64,000 nt of DNA from an uncultured bacterium (GTDB lineage Bacteria > Patescibacteriota > Minisyncoccia > UBA6257 > 2-01-FULL-56-20). Positions 21,047 to 31,403 of the stretch are shown here, one piece after another (position 1 is the first letter of the stretch; every line of letters starts with the position of its first letter). The notes under the pieces are model-generated. The model saw nothing but the letters and a program-made list of their open reading frames with translations. It made no database searches and was not told the DNA's origin. The stretch is taken from positions 94,964 through 158,963 of the forward strand of contig CAVRXN010000002.1 of the NCBI GenBank assembly GCA_963725235.1. Reading direction: 5' to 3'. The translations under genes and the position numbers were made by a program.

Positions 21047-21290
21047 GCTTTTATTATATCATTTTTAAATTGGCAACTGGTTGAGCGGGTAAGGGGAGTC
21101 GGACCCCTATCTGTACCTTGGCAAGGTACCATAATAGCCGCTATACGATACCCGCAGCTATTTGGAGTCCATTATACATCGGTAAATCGAGAACGCAAGA
21201 TTAATGCACCCCTGTGGATTACTCCTCTATTGCGCCGTCGCGATGTGCGGTATACTTAAATTAAATAAACGTTAAGGGAACAACGTAAAA

Positions 21291-22265
21291 ATGGTACAAG
21301 AACAATTAACAGATTATATTTCGTCACAGACGAAGCTCGGCGTTTCGCGGGATGCGATTAAGTCGGCGCTCGTTTCGGCGGGATGGGTTGCGGGGGACGT
21401 CGAGGATACGTTAAAAAAAGTGGGAGCAGGCCCTGCGGCGATGCCAGCGGGAGCAATGTCTACAGGGGTAGCGGTGGGGGCGAAGCCGGCGCAGAGCAGC
21501 CCGATGGCGTCGACCAATTCGTCAGCGAGTCCACAAACAATCAAGATGAGCGATCTCATTTCATCACCATTTTCAGGAAGCTCGGCGAAGCCAACATCCG
21601 CGGCGTCGGCAACAACAATCTCGGCATCCGCCGCCGCCGCGACCGCATCGAAGTTCGGCGGCACGATTAAAGGAAATACGTTCAGCGCGTCGCCGGCTGG
21701 AACTGCGGTCGCTGCCCCCCACGATTCGATGGAAAAAAGTGGCCACGGAATTGGAACACTCGTCATAGAAATCATCGGCATTGTTATCATCCTCGGCCTC
21801 GGCGGCCTCGCGTGGTATTTCTATTCCGGGAACGCGGCACTCGCAGCAAAAGTGGCATCACTCAATACCCAGAGTGCATCCGTGACGTCGCAGCTCGCGA
21901 CGCTGCAATCCCAGCTGACCGCGTCGAGCACGGCCGATGCATCGCAGATCTCGAATCTTACCGCGGCGAACGCAGATCTCGCGCTGAATTTATCATTCTA
22001 CGCAATCCCGCTCGGCACGCCGACTGCAACAGCCGCAACGCCACTCCCGGTAACGATTAGCGGATCGCTTTCCGGTGGCGGTAAGGTGCCGTATTCGATA
22101 TTAACCCCACGTGGTGCAAAAATCTTTATCACGAACTCTTCCGACGCGACGGTCGGGCCAGAGCTGAAAGCTTCAGTCGGCCAGACGGCCCAACTTTCCG
22201 GAACATATATTCAAGGGTCCGACGAAATGACGGTCAGCTCGGTTGCGACGACGACAACGCAATAA
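21291..22265 (+). CDS. Hypothetical single-pass membrane protein (small N-terminal helical domain, low-complexity linker, TM helix, extracellular S/T/A-rich C-terminal domain)
   Basis: TM segment IGTLVIEIIGIVIILGLGGLAWYFY; no family recognised. Confidence 0.45.
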   Translation: MVQEQLTDYISSQTKLGVSRDAIKSALVSAGWVAGDVEDTLKKVGAGPAAMPAGAMSTGVAVGAKPAQSSPMASTNSSASPQTIKMSDLISSPFSGSSAKPTSAASATTISASAAAATASKFGGTIKGNTFSASPAGTAVAAPHDSMEKSGHGIGTLVIEIIGIVIILGLGGLAWYFYSGNAALAAKVASLNTQSASVTSQLATLQSQLTASSTADASQISNLTAANADLALNLSFYAIPLGTPTATAATPLPVTISGSLSGGGKVPYSILTPRGAKIFITNSSDATVGPELKASVGQTAQLSGTYIQGSDEMTVSSVATTTTQ

Positions 22266-22278
22266 AGGCATAAGCGCT

Positions 22279-22773
22279 TTAATCGAGTAACTGGAAATTT
22301 TTTAATGTTTCTTTGTAGATATTGAGCGCCCGCTCAGCGAGGTCGCGCTTCAATTTGAATGTCGGTTGGTGGACGATATCATTCCGCAAACGATGTGCTT
22401 GCCAAATCTGGTCAAGATTCGGCAATTGTTCCGGTTTTAAGCTCTTCAACCGGTCGCCGAGATGCATGCCTCGAACGCCGCTTTCGCGAAGCGCTTCTTC
22501 GAGCAATTTATCCGCTTCGATAACGGCGACTTTCAAGTCGTTCTCGTCGCCTTTATAAAAGTGCGCCTCAATCTTCGCCCACTCTTTTCGCGCGGTCTCT
22601 TTTGGAAGATTCGTTTTTAACACGACATGGCGGAACCGCTCGACTTTCAGGCCGAGCCAGTTAGTTTTGATAATAATGACAACGATTGCGGCGATGAGCA
22701 GGGCGGAAACGACGGCGCCGATGAATTCGAGAATGCCGAGGTTCGAAATATAAATATCAGCCAACTGGTTCAT
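22279..22773 (-). CDS. Hypothetical membrane-anchored protein, co-oriented immediately downstream of gatA
   Basis: N-terminal TM helix (ILEFIGAVVSALLIAAIVVIIIK) plus a charged helical domain. Confidence 0.4.
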   Translation of the reverse strand: MNQLADIYISNLGILEFIGAVVSALLIAAIVVIIIKTNWLGLKVERFRHVVLKTNLPKETARKEWAKIEAHFYKGDENDLKVAVIEADKLLEEALRESGVRGMHLGDRLKSLKPEQLPNLDQIWQAHRLRNDIVHQPTFKLKRDLAERALNIYKETLKNFQLLD

Positions 22774-22775
22774 GG

Positions 22776-24245
22776 TTACATTCTCTCATAGAACTGGCCG
22801 ATTCCCAAGATATCCGCTTCGTGCCATTTTTTGCCGATCAGCTGGAAACCGACCGGCAGTTCACCGGGCGCGAGATCGCGCGACAGTTTAGTTGGGATCG
22901 AGATAGCGGGGAGGCCGGCGAGTTTCAAGGGGATAGTGAAGATATCGGCAAGATACATTGCGAGGGGGTCGTCAGCTTTCTCGCCAATTTTAAATGCCGC
23001 GGTTGGCGCGACCGGCGTCAGCAAAACGTCGACTTCTTCGAATGCCTTGTCAAAATCCTGCTTGATAAGCGTTCGCACGCGCTGGGCTTTATCATAGTAG
23101 GCGTCGTAGTAACCGGATGACAATACAAAAGTTCCGAGAATGATGCGGCGTTTCGCCTCCGCGCCGAAGCCGGCGCCACGCTGTTTGAAATAAAGATCAT
23201 TGAGGTTGTTGCCCTGCGCTTCCGCCGCCGGGTTGCGCGCGTAGCGGATGCCATCGTAGCGCGCGAGGTTCGAGCTCACCTCCGCCGGAACAATAATATA
23301 GTAGGTCGCGAGCGCGTAGTTCGTATGCGGGAGCGAGACCTTTTTGAATTTCATGCCGAGCGATGTCAGCTTTTCGATCGCATGTTCGACTTTGCGCGTG
23401 ACGAGCTGGTCTGTGCCACTGATGAAATATTCACCCGGAAGGCCGATGGTTAATTTTTTAATATCTTCGAGCTTAGGATTTGTTAAATTTTCATAAAATT
23501 TTTCGGTGCTGGTCGTTGCTTGGCTCGTCGCATCAAGCGGATCCGCGCCGGCAATACCGGCAAATAAAATCGCCGCATCCTCGACGGTTTTCGTTATCGG
23601 GCCAACCTGGTCGAGCGACGAAGCCATTGCCATGACGCCGGATCGCGAAACCGCGCCGTAGGTCGGTGTCATGCCGACGACGCCGCAGAAGCTCGCGGGT
23701 TGGCGGATCGAGCCCCCAGTGTCCGAACCGAGCGCGGCGATGGCGAAATGCGCGGCGACGGCCGCAACCGAGCCACCGCTGCTGCCGCCGGCGACGCGCG
23801 TGAGGTCGTGCGGATTGCGCGTTACCCCAAATGCGGAATTCTCGGTTGATGATCCCATAGCGAACTCATCCATATTCGCCTTCCCGAGAAAAACCGCTCC
23901 CGCCGATTTTAATTTTGTTATAACGCCCGCGTCATACGCCGCGACATAATTTTCGAGGATTTTCGACGCCGCAGTCGCCGGCAAATCCTTGATCAAAATA
24001 TTGTCTTTGATCGCGAGCGGGACGCCGGCGAGCGGTGCAATTGGTTCGTTTTTCGCAACAGCAAGATCCACCGCTTCCGCTTCGCGAACCGCCGATTCCT
24101 CGGCAAGCGACAAAAATGCATTGATCTCGCCGTTGTGCTCTTTAATATGCGCGAACGATGCCTGGGTTATCTCGAGTGCACTAAATTTTCCGGCCAGCAG
24201 GCCGTCATGAAATTTTTTAATAGTTAAGTCGCGGAGCGGTTCCAT
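22776..24245 (-). CDS. gatA: Glutamyl/aspartyl-tRNA(Gln/Asn) amidotransferase subunit A
   Basis: Amidase signature GGSSGGSVAAVAA; 489 aa, full length. Confidence 0.95.
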   Translation of the reverse strand: MEPLRDLTIKKFHDGLLAGKFSALEITQASFAHIKEHNGEINAFLSLAEESAVREAEAVDLAVAKNEPIAPLAGVPLAIKDNILIKDLPATAASKILENYVAAYDAGVITKLKSAGAVFLGKANMDEFAMGSSTENSAFGVTRNPHDLTRVAGGSSGGSVAAVAAHFAIAALGSDTGGSIRQPASFCGVVGMTPTYGAVSRSGVMAMASSLDQVGPITKTVEDAAILFAGIAGADPLDATSQATTSTEKFYENLTNPKLEDIKKLTIGLPGEYFISGTDQLVTRKVEHAIEKLTSLGMKFKKVSLPHTNYALATYYIIVPAEVSSNLARYDGIRYARNPAAEAQGNNLNDLYFKQRGAGFGAEAKRRIILGTFVLSSGYYDAYYDKAQRVRTLIKQDFDKAFEEVDVLLTPVAPTAAFKIGEKADDPLAMYLADIFTIPLKLAGLPAISIPTKLSRDLAPGELPVGFQLIGKKWHEADILGIGQFYERM

Positions 24246-24289
24246 ATATGAGATTTAATAAAATTTTAATTTCACGGGCGCGCGATAAG

Positions 24290-24637
24290 CTATTCAAAAA
24301 CAGGCGGCACTTTTAAGTAGCCGTCTTTCGACTCCGGGAAGGCCTCGACGCCGGCACCCTGGTTCGTGTTCTCGCGGCCGCCTTCGCGTTCGTCGCCACT
24401 CCGCGGGCTATCGACAGTATCTTCATCCGTCGCCCCATCCTCGCGAAACACATTTCGCAGATCCGTCCCGCCCGTCATGGGCGCAACCGCCGATGTATCG
24501 AGCTTCTGCAGTTCATTAAAATATTCTAAAATCGCGCCCAAATCGCGGAGCAGTTTTTCTTCTTCGCCTGGCTCGAGCTCGATGCGCGCGAGCTTCGCCA
24601 AGTGCTCCAACTCACGCTTGCCGATGGTGGATGACAT
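24290..24637 (-). CDS. gatC: Glu/Asp-tRNA amidotransferase subunit C, with an acidic C-terminal extension
   Basis: MSSTIGKRELEHLAKLARIELEPGEEEKLLRDLGAILEYFNELQKLDTSAVAPMTG; start chosen at the internal Met (reverse-complement ATG at 24635-24637). Confidence 0.75.
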   Translation of the reverse strand: MSSTIGKRELEHLAKLARIELEPGEEEKLLRDLGAILEYFNELQKLDTSAVAPMTGGTDLRNVFREDGATDEDTVDSPRSGDEREGGRENTNQGAGVEAFPESKDGYLKVPPVFE

Positions 24638-24707
24638 GAGACAATCGTAGCGCATTGCGTTTTTCTTTTCAATTCGGTAAGGTGGCAACAGATGCAGTTT
24701 TACATTT

Positions 24708-25802
24708 TTGAAGGAGGAAGCTGAGATGGGATTAATGATCGAGACAGCAGTTCCGAACAATATGCATTGTCATCCCCGACAAGGCCAGATGCGAGTTTGG
24801 ATGACAAAGATGCTCATTGAGAGTGGCTTTCAGGGTCTCGTGCTCGAAATGCCAAACACAAAACCAGATGCGCTTTTGACCGGCAAAGACGCGATTGAAT
24901 ACGGACGAATCGGCGATATACTGTTGCGTGAATACCCGGCAGAGCTGCGCTTCACGCAGGTCCTCACGATCCAAATTACCGAGCGAACGACGCCCGATAC
25001 GATTCGGCGCGCATGGCTTCTGGGCGTTCGCGTGGCAAAAGTATATCCACGTAACGTGACAACCAATTCCGAGAATGGTGTCGTCGATTACTGGAAGATC
25101 TATCTGGCACTCGCTGAAGCGCAGCGATTGGGGATGATCGTTTGTTTCCACGCTGAGCACCCCTCCTATGACGTAGAAGGATTGTTCAAGGAGGCTCGCT
25201 TCATCGAAATTCTCGATGCGATCCGGAAAGAATACCCACGTTTAAAGATGGTCATCGAGCACGTTTCAGCGGCGGCGATGATCGAATGGGTTAAAAAACA
25301 GGATCCGCGGTACGTCCGTGCGACAATTGCCCCACAGTATCTCGTGCTCACGATCGATGACATCATCGGCTACAGCGAGCGAAGCGGTTGTCTCGTAAGA
25401 GTGCATAAAGCGTGCAAGCCGATGCCGAAGTTTTTCGTCGATCGCTTGGCAGTGCAAGAGGCAGCATTTTCTGATGACATCCATTTCCTTTATGGCGGCG
25501 ATGATGCACCGCATTCCCGAAGTGCTAAGGAATGTGATGGCAGTGCATGCGGTGTGTTCAATACGACTGCTGCGTTACCATTTCTTATCCGGGAATTCAG
25601 GAAGCGCGGCGTGTTTCATCATTACGATGATTTCACATCTTATCGCGCAGCCGACTATTATGGGTATCCGCGAACAGAAAAGAAACTTATGTTCGAAGAA
25701 AAGCCATCGGTCGTGCCGCCGGATTATCTCGTCGACGGGACCGATGAGCGAGTCGTATCTCTCTTTGCGGGAGAAACGATGGATTATCAGCTGGTCAACT
25801 AA
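24708..25802 (+). CDS. pyrC: Dihydroorotase, type II (PyrC)
   Basis: HCHPR (HxH), KVYPRNVTTNSENGV (compare E. coli KLYPANATTNSSHGV), VCFHAEHP, GGDDAPHSRSAKE (compare GTDSAPHARHRKE), C-terminal LFAGETMDYQL. Confidence 0.85.
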   Translation: MKEEAEMGLMIETAVPNNMHCHPRQGQMRVWMTKMLIESGFQGLVLEMPNTKPDALLTGKDAIEYGRIGDILLREYPAELRFTQVLTIQITERTTPDTIRRAWLLGVRVAKVYPRNVTTNSENGVVDYWKIYLALAEAQRLGMIVCFHAEHPSYDVEGLFKEARFIEILDAIRKEYPRLKMVIEHVSAAAMIEWVKKQDPRYVRATIAPQYLVLTIDDIIGYSERSGCLVRVHKACKPMPKFFVDRLAVQEAAFSDDIHFLYGGDDAPHSRSAKECDGSACGVFNTTAALPFLIREFRKRGVFHHYDDFTSYRAADYYGYPRTEKKLMFEEKPSVVPPDYLVDGTDERVVSLFAGETMDYQLVN

Positions 25803-25809
25803 TAAAACA

Positions 25810-25840
25810 GGCGCCACAGAGTTGCGGCGCCATTTTTTTA
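25810..25840. terminator. Bidirectional terminator hairpin GGCGCCACAGAGTTGCGGCGCC + T-run between convergent pyrC and pyrD-like genes
   Basis: 8-bp GC stem followed by a TTTTTTT run. Confidence 0.6.
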
Positions 25841-26800
25841 TCGTCCATTAATCGTTTCGACGATTCCTTTCATTCGCCACGGTCGTAATATGGCGATGGA
25901 TCCGAGGAATATCGAATCGTTCGGAGATTCCGAGGCGCTCAGAAGCTCGTTCGCGTCTCGCAGGGACAAAATGCTGCCGATGTTGAGCGTTTTCTTAAGG
26001 CCGCGCCGGCGAGCATGCTTGATCCATCTGAGTGTAGGTTTGAAAGCCCATTTTCCAGAATATCCACCACCGCCATATTTCTGCAACGGTGAAACCGGTC
26101 CATAGATTTTTCCCCACGGGATGAACTCCGGAAGTTGTCCATAGGGGATGGTGTTCGGAATACAGAGCCCATCGCAGCTTGGGTGCGACTCGATCTCGAG
26201 CGCCGCTTCTGGGGCAATCAAGATATTTATCTTCACCATAATAGGGATGTTCAGCAACGCCAAGATATCGAGCCACGTGTACACTTCCTTGATAAGCTCG
26301 TCGAGATTGTGTTTCGTGTTGGGGCAAGAAATGTTGAGTTGCAGGCCTACGCGAGCTTTGAATAACGGAAGGTAGCGCAGAGCGAGCTTGACGAACTCAA
26401 GGACCTCTTCAAGACGCTCCTCTGCCGTCTTTGCGATTGGCATGAACGAAATGAAAAAGTTATCAATTCGTCTCTGCCATTCGCCGGTATCGAAAAGGGC
26501 TTTCGCGCCGGGTCCGGCAAGTCCCACCGCGTTGAGTAAGTTATCCTGAATCCATTGCTTTGGCGTGATGTAGATGCAATCGGGGAAGAGTTGTTTTGGA
26601 GTGAAGTTTCCCCAATCCAATTCCATGAAGCCCCGATTAAAATGGAGTGTAGTTGTTTTCGCGACGAGGCCGACACCCTTAAAATAGGGTTTGACACCGA
26701 AAGCGCCTGCGATACGGTGGTATTGATATCCTTCGCCGAACCAGCCCATAGCTCCGCTCGCGCAGAGCACCCGGGGAAATTCAATATCTCTGAGTTTCAA
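25838..26800 (-). CDS. pyrD: Dihydroorotate dehydrogenase-family TIM-barrel protein (PyrD-like, class 1-like)
   Basis: LCASGAMGWFGEG..., NAVGLAGPG, LNISCPNT (NxSCPN signature), ...IGSILSLRDANELL. Confidence 0.6.
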   Translation of the reverse strand: MKLRDIEFPRVLCASGAMGWFGEGYQYHRIAGAFGVKPYFKGVGLVAKTTTLHFNRGFMELDWGNFTPKQLFPDCIYITPKQWIQDNLLNAVGLAGPGAKALFDTGEWQRRIDNFFISFMPIAKTAEERLEEVLEFVKLALRYLPLFKARVGLQLNISCPNTKHNLDELIKEVYTWLDILALLNIPIMVKINILIAPEAALEIESHPSCDGLCIPNTIPYGQLPEFIPWGKIYGPVSPLQKYGGGGYSGKWAFKPTLRWIKHARRRGLKKTLNIGSILSLRDANELLSASESPNDSIFLGSIAILRPWRMKGIVETINGR

Positions 26801-26851
26801 ATTGTCCTCCTGTAAAATGTCTGACTCGATAGTATATCACTCCTCCCGTTT

Positions 26852-28378
26852 TTACAATGATGCAAATTCCTCCCTAAACTGATCCCCTCTGTCATACTCA
26901 TTCTTGAAAATACCGAAACTGGTGGCGCCGGGGGAGAGTAACACGATGTCACCGGGTGTAGCGGCGGCGCGGGCGGCTGCGAAAGCGGCGGGCATAGTAG
27001 CGGCCATTGTCGGCGCAGGAAAATCTGCCGGCAACAAAGTTTTTAATTTTTCACTTGCTTTGCCTTCAAATAAAATGAGAGTTTTTAACGATTTTTTAAC
27101 GCGCAGGTCGGCGATCTCGTGGGCGAGTGCCGCGAAATCGAGATCTTTATCGCTGCCGCCGGCGATTAAAATAATTGGCCGATTTTGCTGCACGAGCGCC
27201 CGCAACGCCGCAATCGTCGCATCGGGCGTCGTCGAATTCGAATCGTTATAAAAAGCAACGCCATTTTTTTCGCCGAGCAATTCGAGTCGGTTGGGCAATG
27301 CCGTAAACGTTTTTAATACTTTTTTAATAATTTCCTCCGAAACACCAAGTGCACGAGCTGCAGAGATAGCGCAGGCAGCATTCGCGCGGTTATGCTCGCC
27401 GAGCAGAGCAATTTCCCATAAAGGATCAAGTCGTGCAGGCATAATCCATAATCCTGGCACTGCGACACCTCCAAGGAATGCGGTTTCAATATGCTGTTTG
27501 ATTTCCTCCGGAGCGATGAATGCATCGCCGCTCTCAGGTCGCTGGAATCGCGCAATCGCAGCCTTGTCAGCGAAGTAGCGTTCCATATCGCCGTGATAAT
27601 AGTTCATGTGGTCCGGCATGAAGTTGGTCCAGACGGCGATATCGGGGCTGACACGGCTTTCTTCGAAACCTTGAAGCTGCCATGAGTCGAGTTCGAGGAT
27701 GATGACATCGCCTGCAGCAACTTTTTCGATAAGCGGTAATGTCGCGGTGTCGCGTTCATTGCCGCCGAGGTAAACGTTTTGCGCTGGAGCGCCGCCACCA
27801 AACGCGGCACGGACCATTTCATAGATAAGGTGCGTCGTCGTCGACTTGCCGCGCGTGCCGGTGATGCCGACGATCGTGACGCCGCGAGCGTCGGACGCCG
27901 CCGCGCCATCGTCGCCGCCCGGAAATTTTTCCCGACACAGCTCGACGAACAACGACGCATCCATCTTGACTGGAATGCCAAGTTCGCGCGCGTGCGCGAG
28001 GAACGGTGAGTCGAGCGGTGCGTTTGGTGCGCGTAAAATAAAATCGCGGCCCTCGAAATCCTCGAGCCGATGGCCGCCGAGATGATAGGTGATGCGAGCG
28101 GGCGCACCGTCCGGTCCGCGGACGTCGGCGAGTGCGGCAATCGATGGCGCGAGTTCGGTTTCGGCGCGGAGGTCGGTAATGATGAGATCGGCTCCGGCGG
28201 CTGCGAAGAAGCGCGCGTCACCCAAGCCGCGCCCGAGCAGGCCGAGCCCCATCAAAGTGATTTTTTTGCCGCGGAACCGGGCAGCGCCGACGGCAGCGCC
28301 GCTGTTGGTCAATGATGAATCCATAAAATCCATACTAGCAGAAATAAAAAGCCCGCGCGATGGTGCGCGGGCGACCAA
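26852..28378 (-). CDS. murD: UDP-N-acetylmuramoylalanine--D-glutamate ligase MurD
   Basis: N-terminal Rossmann fold KKITLMGLGLLGRGLGDARFFAAAGADLIITD; Mur ligase P-loop GITGTRGKSTTTHLIYEM; 508 aa. Confidence 0.85.
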   Translation of the reverse strand: MVARAPSRGLFISASMDFMDSSLTNSGAAVGAARFRGKKITLMGLGLLGRGLGDARFFAAAGADLIITDLRAETELAPSIAALADVRGPDGAPARITYHLGGHRLEDFEGRDFILRAPNAPLDSPFLAHARELGIPVKMDASLFVELCREKFPGGDDGAAASDARGVTIVGITGTRGKSTTTHLIYEMVRAAFGGGAPAQNVYLGGNERDTATLPLIEKVAAGDVIILELDSWQLQGFEESRVSPDIAVWTNFMPDHMNYYHGDMERYFADKAAIARFQRPESGDAFIAPEEIKQHIETAFLGGVAVPGLWIMPARLDPLWEIALLGEHNRANAACAISAARALGVSEEIIKKVLKTFTALPNRLELLGEKNGVAFYNDSNSTTPDATIAALRALVQQNRPIILIAGGSDKDLDFAALAHEIADLRVKKSLKTLILFEGKASEKLKTLLPADFPAPTMAATMPAAFAAARAAATPGDIVLLSPGATSFGIFKNEYDRGDQFREEFASL

Positions 28379-28389
28379 AGGCGGGCGGG

Positions 28390-29046
28390 TCAGTTTCTAG
28401 TTTTAGCGACGACGATAACTTGTCGCCTCCAGCGAGAGAGAAAATCAGCAATGGTCGCGACTTTTTTTGCCGGCGGCTTCGACATCGAGATCAGCTCATA
28501 TTTAACGAAGCGGCAGATCTTTTCAGGGATCACGAAGTTGGGTTCATCTTCGCGGCTGGGATCTCCATGGAGCAGAGTCAAACAAAGACCCGAGCGAACG
28601 CTTTGTTGAAGCTTCGACAGGGCGTTTTGCAATGAGCACGGTTCCTCCCAGTTTGCAGAGAAACCGTGAAGACTGTAGCGACGCAGTACGCGTTTGGCGA
28701 GCTTCTCGATGTTCCATCCATCTTTCGGATCGAATGCACCTTCTGACTTCGCGACCTCGGTGAGCTTATCTACTTCGGGAATGTTTGGATTGAATGGATC
28801 CATGATCATTTTCAATCCGATAATGACTGAGATATCAGGAAATACAAGACGTGCCGGAGCGCTTACGACAGGCGATGAAGCGGTTGCAGTAGCGTTCAAA
28901 GATTTTCTCCTCGGTAGAATTATTCCGTCGCGTGAAACAACAACGGGACTGCCCTCATCATAGAAAATATTTTCACCAACTACAATAGTGTGCATAACTT
29001 TTTCGGTGAGGGGCGCCGAAAACTTTTTGACAACACGCACCAACAA
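28390..29046 (-). CDS. Hypothetical protein
   Basis: 218-aa ORF with no recognised motifs; the true start may be the internal MHTIVVG. Confidence 0.35.
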   Translation of the reverse strand: MLVRVVKKFSAPLTEKVMHTIVVGENIFYDEGSPVVVSRDGIILPRRKSLNATATASSPVVSAPARLVFPDISVIIGLKMIMDPFNPNIPEVDKLTEVAKSEGAFDPKDGWNIEKLAKRVLRRYSLHGFSANWEEPCSLQNALSKLQQSVRSGLCLTLLHGDPSREDEPNFVIPEKICRFVKYELISMSKPPAKKVATIADFLSRWRRQVIVVAKTRN

Positions 29047-29219
29047 AGAGTATAATTGCCAGGTGAAAGTTTCACGTTCGGCTCACGCCGATAGCGCGGG
29101 AGGGTTGGGAAAGGTTTTCCGGGAAGCCCCATAAGCTTCCGAAGCAAGTCCGAGTCTTGCCCCCGCAACCACTTATATTAAATCTTGCTTAAATCGCAAT
29201 TTTTTGGCATAATTCCCAC

Positions 29220-30791
29220 ATGCCGAAAGTTACTGCATCAAAAACTCAATCACGTACACCCCAACAGGAAGCATTGCTCAAGCCGCGACCGCCGGTCGTG
29301 GTTGTCGTTGGGCACGTTGACCACGGCAAGACGACTTTGCTCGACTACATCCGAAAGGCGAATGTCGCAGGACGCGAGGCAGGCGGAATCACTCAGGCTG
29401 TTGGCGCATATGAAATTGAACACACGCCGAAAGGCGCATCCGCTGGCGACAAAAGCGCCGTCCGCAAAATAACCTTCATCGACACGCCGGGCCACGAAGC
29501 GTTCAGCGCGATGCGTTCGCGTGGCGCGACGATCGCGGACATGGCAATCCTCGTCGTTGCGGCGGACGAAGGCGTCAAACCGCAAACGCGCGAAGCGATA
29601 GAAATTTTACAAAAAACAGAAACGCCGTTCATAGTCGCGCTCAACAAGATCGACAAAGCCGGCCCGACCGGCGTAGAAAAGGCGAAGGGCTCACTCGCGG
29701 AAGCAGGCGTCCTCGTCGAGGGCTACGGCGGCCAGATCAGCTGGCACGGCATCTCGGCAAAAACCGGCGAAGGCGTCGATGACTTGCTCGACTTAGTTTT
29801 GCTCGCCGCCGACATTGAAGAATTGACCTACGACTCCGGCGCGGCAGGAACTGGATTTGTATTAGAAGTCCGGCGCGATCCACAGCGCGGCATCGAGGCC
29901 TCCATCATTATTAAAGACGGCACCGTCCGTCGCGGCGATGCGATCGCAACAGCGACCGCGCTCGGCAAAGTGAAAATTCTCGAAAACTTCGCGGGCATTG
30001 CGGCGGGCGAGTTAACACCATCCGCACCAGCACTCGTTATCGGCTTCGAGACGCTCCCGAACGTCGGCGAAGAATTCACCGTCGGCGCGCTCCACGATCC
30101 GAACCGCCCAGCCCCAACAATCGCGCGGCAAGTTACCGGCATCGCCCCGAAAAACGCGAACGCGTTAAATTTAATATTAAAAGCATCCGACGCCGGTTCG
30201 CTCGAAGCGCTTTCGGTCGTATTACGAAACGTTCATACGCAAGGCGCCGGTGGCGCCGTCGCAGCCGGAACATCCGGCGCGAATAAAGAGGTGCACATCG
30301 TCGATGAATCCGTCGGCGACATCAGCGACGGCGACGTCCGCCATGCATCCTCGACCGGCTCGACGATCATCGGCTTCAAGAACCGCGTCGAAAAAGGTGC
30401 GCGTATGCTCGCCGACGCGCAATCCGTCGAGATCATCACGTCGAACATCGTCTACGATCTCTCGAAAGCCGTCGAAGAATTCCTGAGCGGCACGCGCGGC
30501 CCCGCCGCATCCGGTGAGCTCGAAGTGCTCGCCGTCTTCAACCAGGACAAGCTTGACAAGCAACTCGTCGGCGGCCGCGTCATCGCCGGCACGTTCCGCG
30601 GCAAAGCTGCGTGTGATATTTTGCGGGGCAGTGCTGAAACTCCGGCGCTGACGGTTGCGACCGGCAGAGTCACTGAACTTCGCGAAAAGAAAACCGAAAT
30701 CACGAGCGCCGAAAAAGGAAAAGAGATCGGCGTCTTGATCAGTGCGCCTATCGCCGTGCAAGTGGGGGATCGGTTGGTGATTAGGAAATAA
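29220..30791 (+). CDS. infB: Translation initiation factor IF-2 (short form lacking the long N-terminal domains)
   Basis: [20 protein letters not shown]...[16 protein letters not shown]...NKIDK; G-domain followed by beta-barrel domains; 523 aa. Confidence 0.9.
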   Translation: MPKVTASKTQSRTPQQEALLKPRPPVVVVVGHVDHGKTTLLDYIRKANVAGREAGGITQAVGAYEIEHTPKGASAGDKSAVRKITFIDTPGHEAFSAMRSRGATIADMAILVVAADEGVKPQTREAIEILQKTETPFIVALNKIDKAGPTGVEKAKGSLAEAGVLVEGYGGQISWHGISAKTGEGVDDLLDLVLLAADIEELTYDSGAAGTGFVLEVRRDPQRGIEASIIIKDGTVRRGDAIATATALGKVKILENFAGIAAGELTPSAPALVIGFETLPNVGEEFTVGALHDPNRPAPTIARQVTGIAPKNANALNLILKASDAGSLEALSVVLRNVHTQGAGGAVAAGTSGANKEVHIVDESVGDISDGDVRHASSTGSTIIGFKNRVEKGARMLADAQSVEIITSNIVYDLSKAVEEFLSGTRGPAASGELEVLAVFNQDKLDKQLVGGRVIAGTFRGKAACDILRGSAETPALTVATGRVTELREKKTEITSAEKGKEIGVLISAPIAVQVGDRLVIRK

Positions 30792-30795
30792 AAAA

Positions 30796-30815
30796 GGCGC
30801 GGACGAATCCGCGCC
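30796..30815. terminator. Hairpin GGCGCGGACGAATCCGCGCC between convergent infB and the minus-strand membrane-protein gene (the A-run on the plus strand gives a T-run for the minus gene)
   Basis: Perfect 8-bp stem. Confidence 0.5.
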
Positions 30816-30833
30816 GAAGGACGAACAAGAAAA

Positions 30834-31298
30834 TCACTCGATAGTAACCTGTTTAGGTCTTGCATGGGATTTCCGCTTAGCGTAGATTTTTCTGCCGAAA
30901 AAGATGCCTACGACGGTTGCTATCCCATATGCACTCAGGCTTCCGACAACGACCATAAGGATGATCTTCGCTGTTGCAGATGGATCGTGGTGGTAAATCT
31001 CATCATAGAAAGTTGCCGTACCGCCACCGCTGGCAGCCGCAACGATTACGGCAGCAACTTGCATCCACAAGATAAATTTATAGGGTGGAGCTAAGGTGCC
31101 GTCGTCATCGCAAAGGAAAGTGTTCCAGAGGGCGTTGGTTAGAAATCCTACACCAACCAACGAAATTAAAAAAGCAAATCGAGGATCGAGCCCTCTCTCA
31201 GAAATCAGTTCGGTGAGTTTCATGACGCCGGCGCCGAATAACGTACCAACCAGCGTAACTATTGCCATTACTCCCAACATACGATCCTTTCTCGCCAA
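30834..31298 (-). CDS. Hypothetical 4-TM membrane protein
   Basis: 154 aa, four hydrophobic segments, basic C-terminus. Confidence 0.45.
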   Translation of the reverse strand: MARKDRMLGVMAIVTLVGTLFGAGVMKLTELISERGLDPRFAFLISLVGVGFLTNALWNTFLCDDDGTLAPPYKFILWMQVAAVIVAAASGGGTATFYDEIYHHDPSATAKIILMVVVGSLSAYGIATVVGIFFGRKIYAKRKSHARPKQVTIE

Positions 31299-31403
31299 TC
31301 TAATATCGACGAACTAACCAAAAATTAGCACAAGGCAATCGTTTTGGCAATACAACACGTTGCGGGACGGGCATGAAACCTTTATCATTCTTTCCATCAC
31401 CCC

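Noticed and set aside
29050-29220. Possible regulatory RNA in the 170-nt leader upstream of infB
   Set aside because: Only a plausible sigma-70-like promoter (TTGCTT-17-CATAAT) was seen. No convincing conserved structure.
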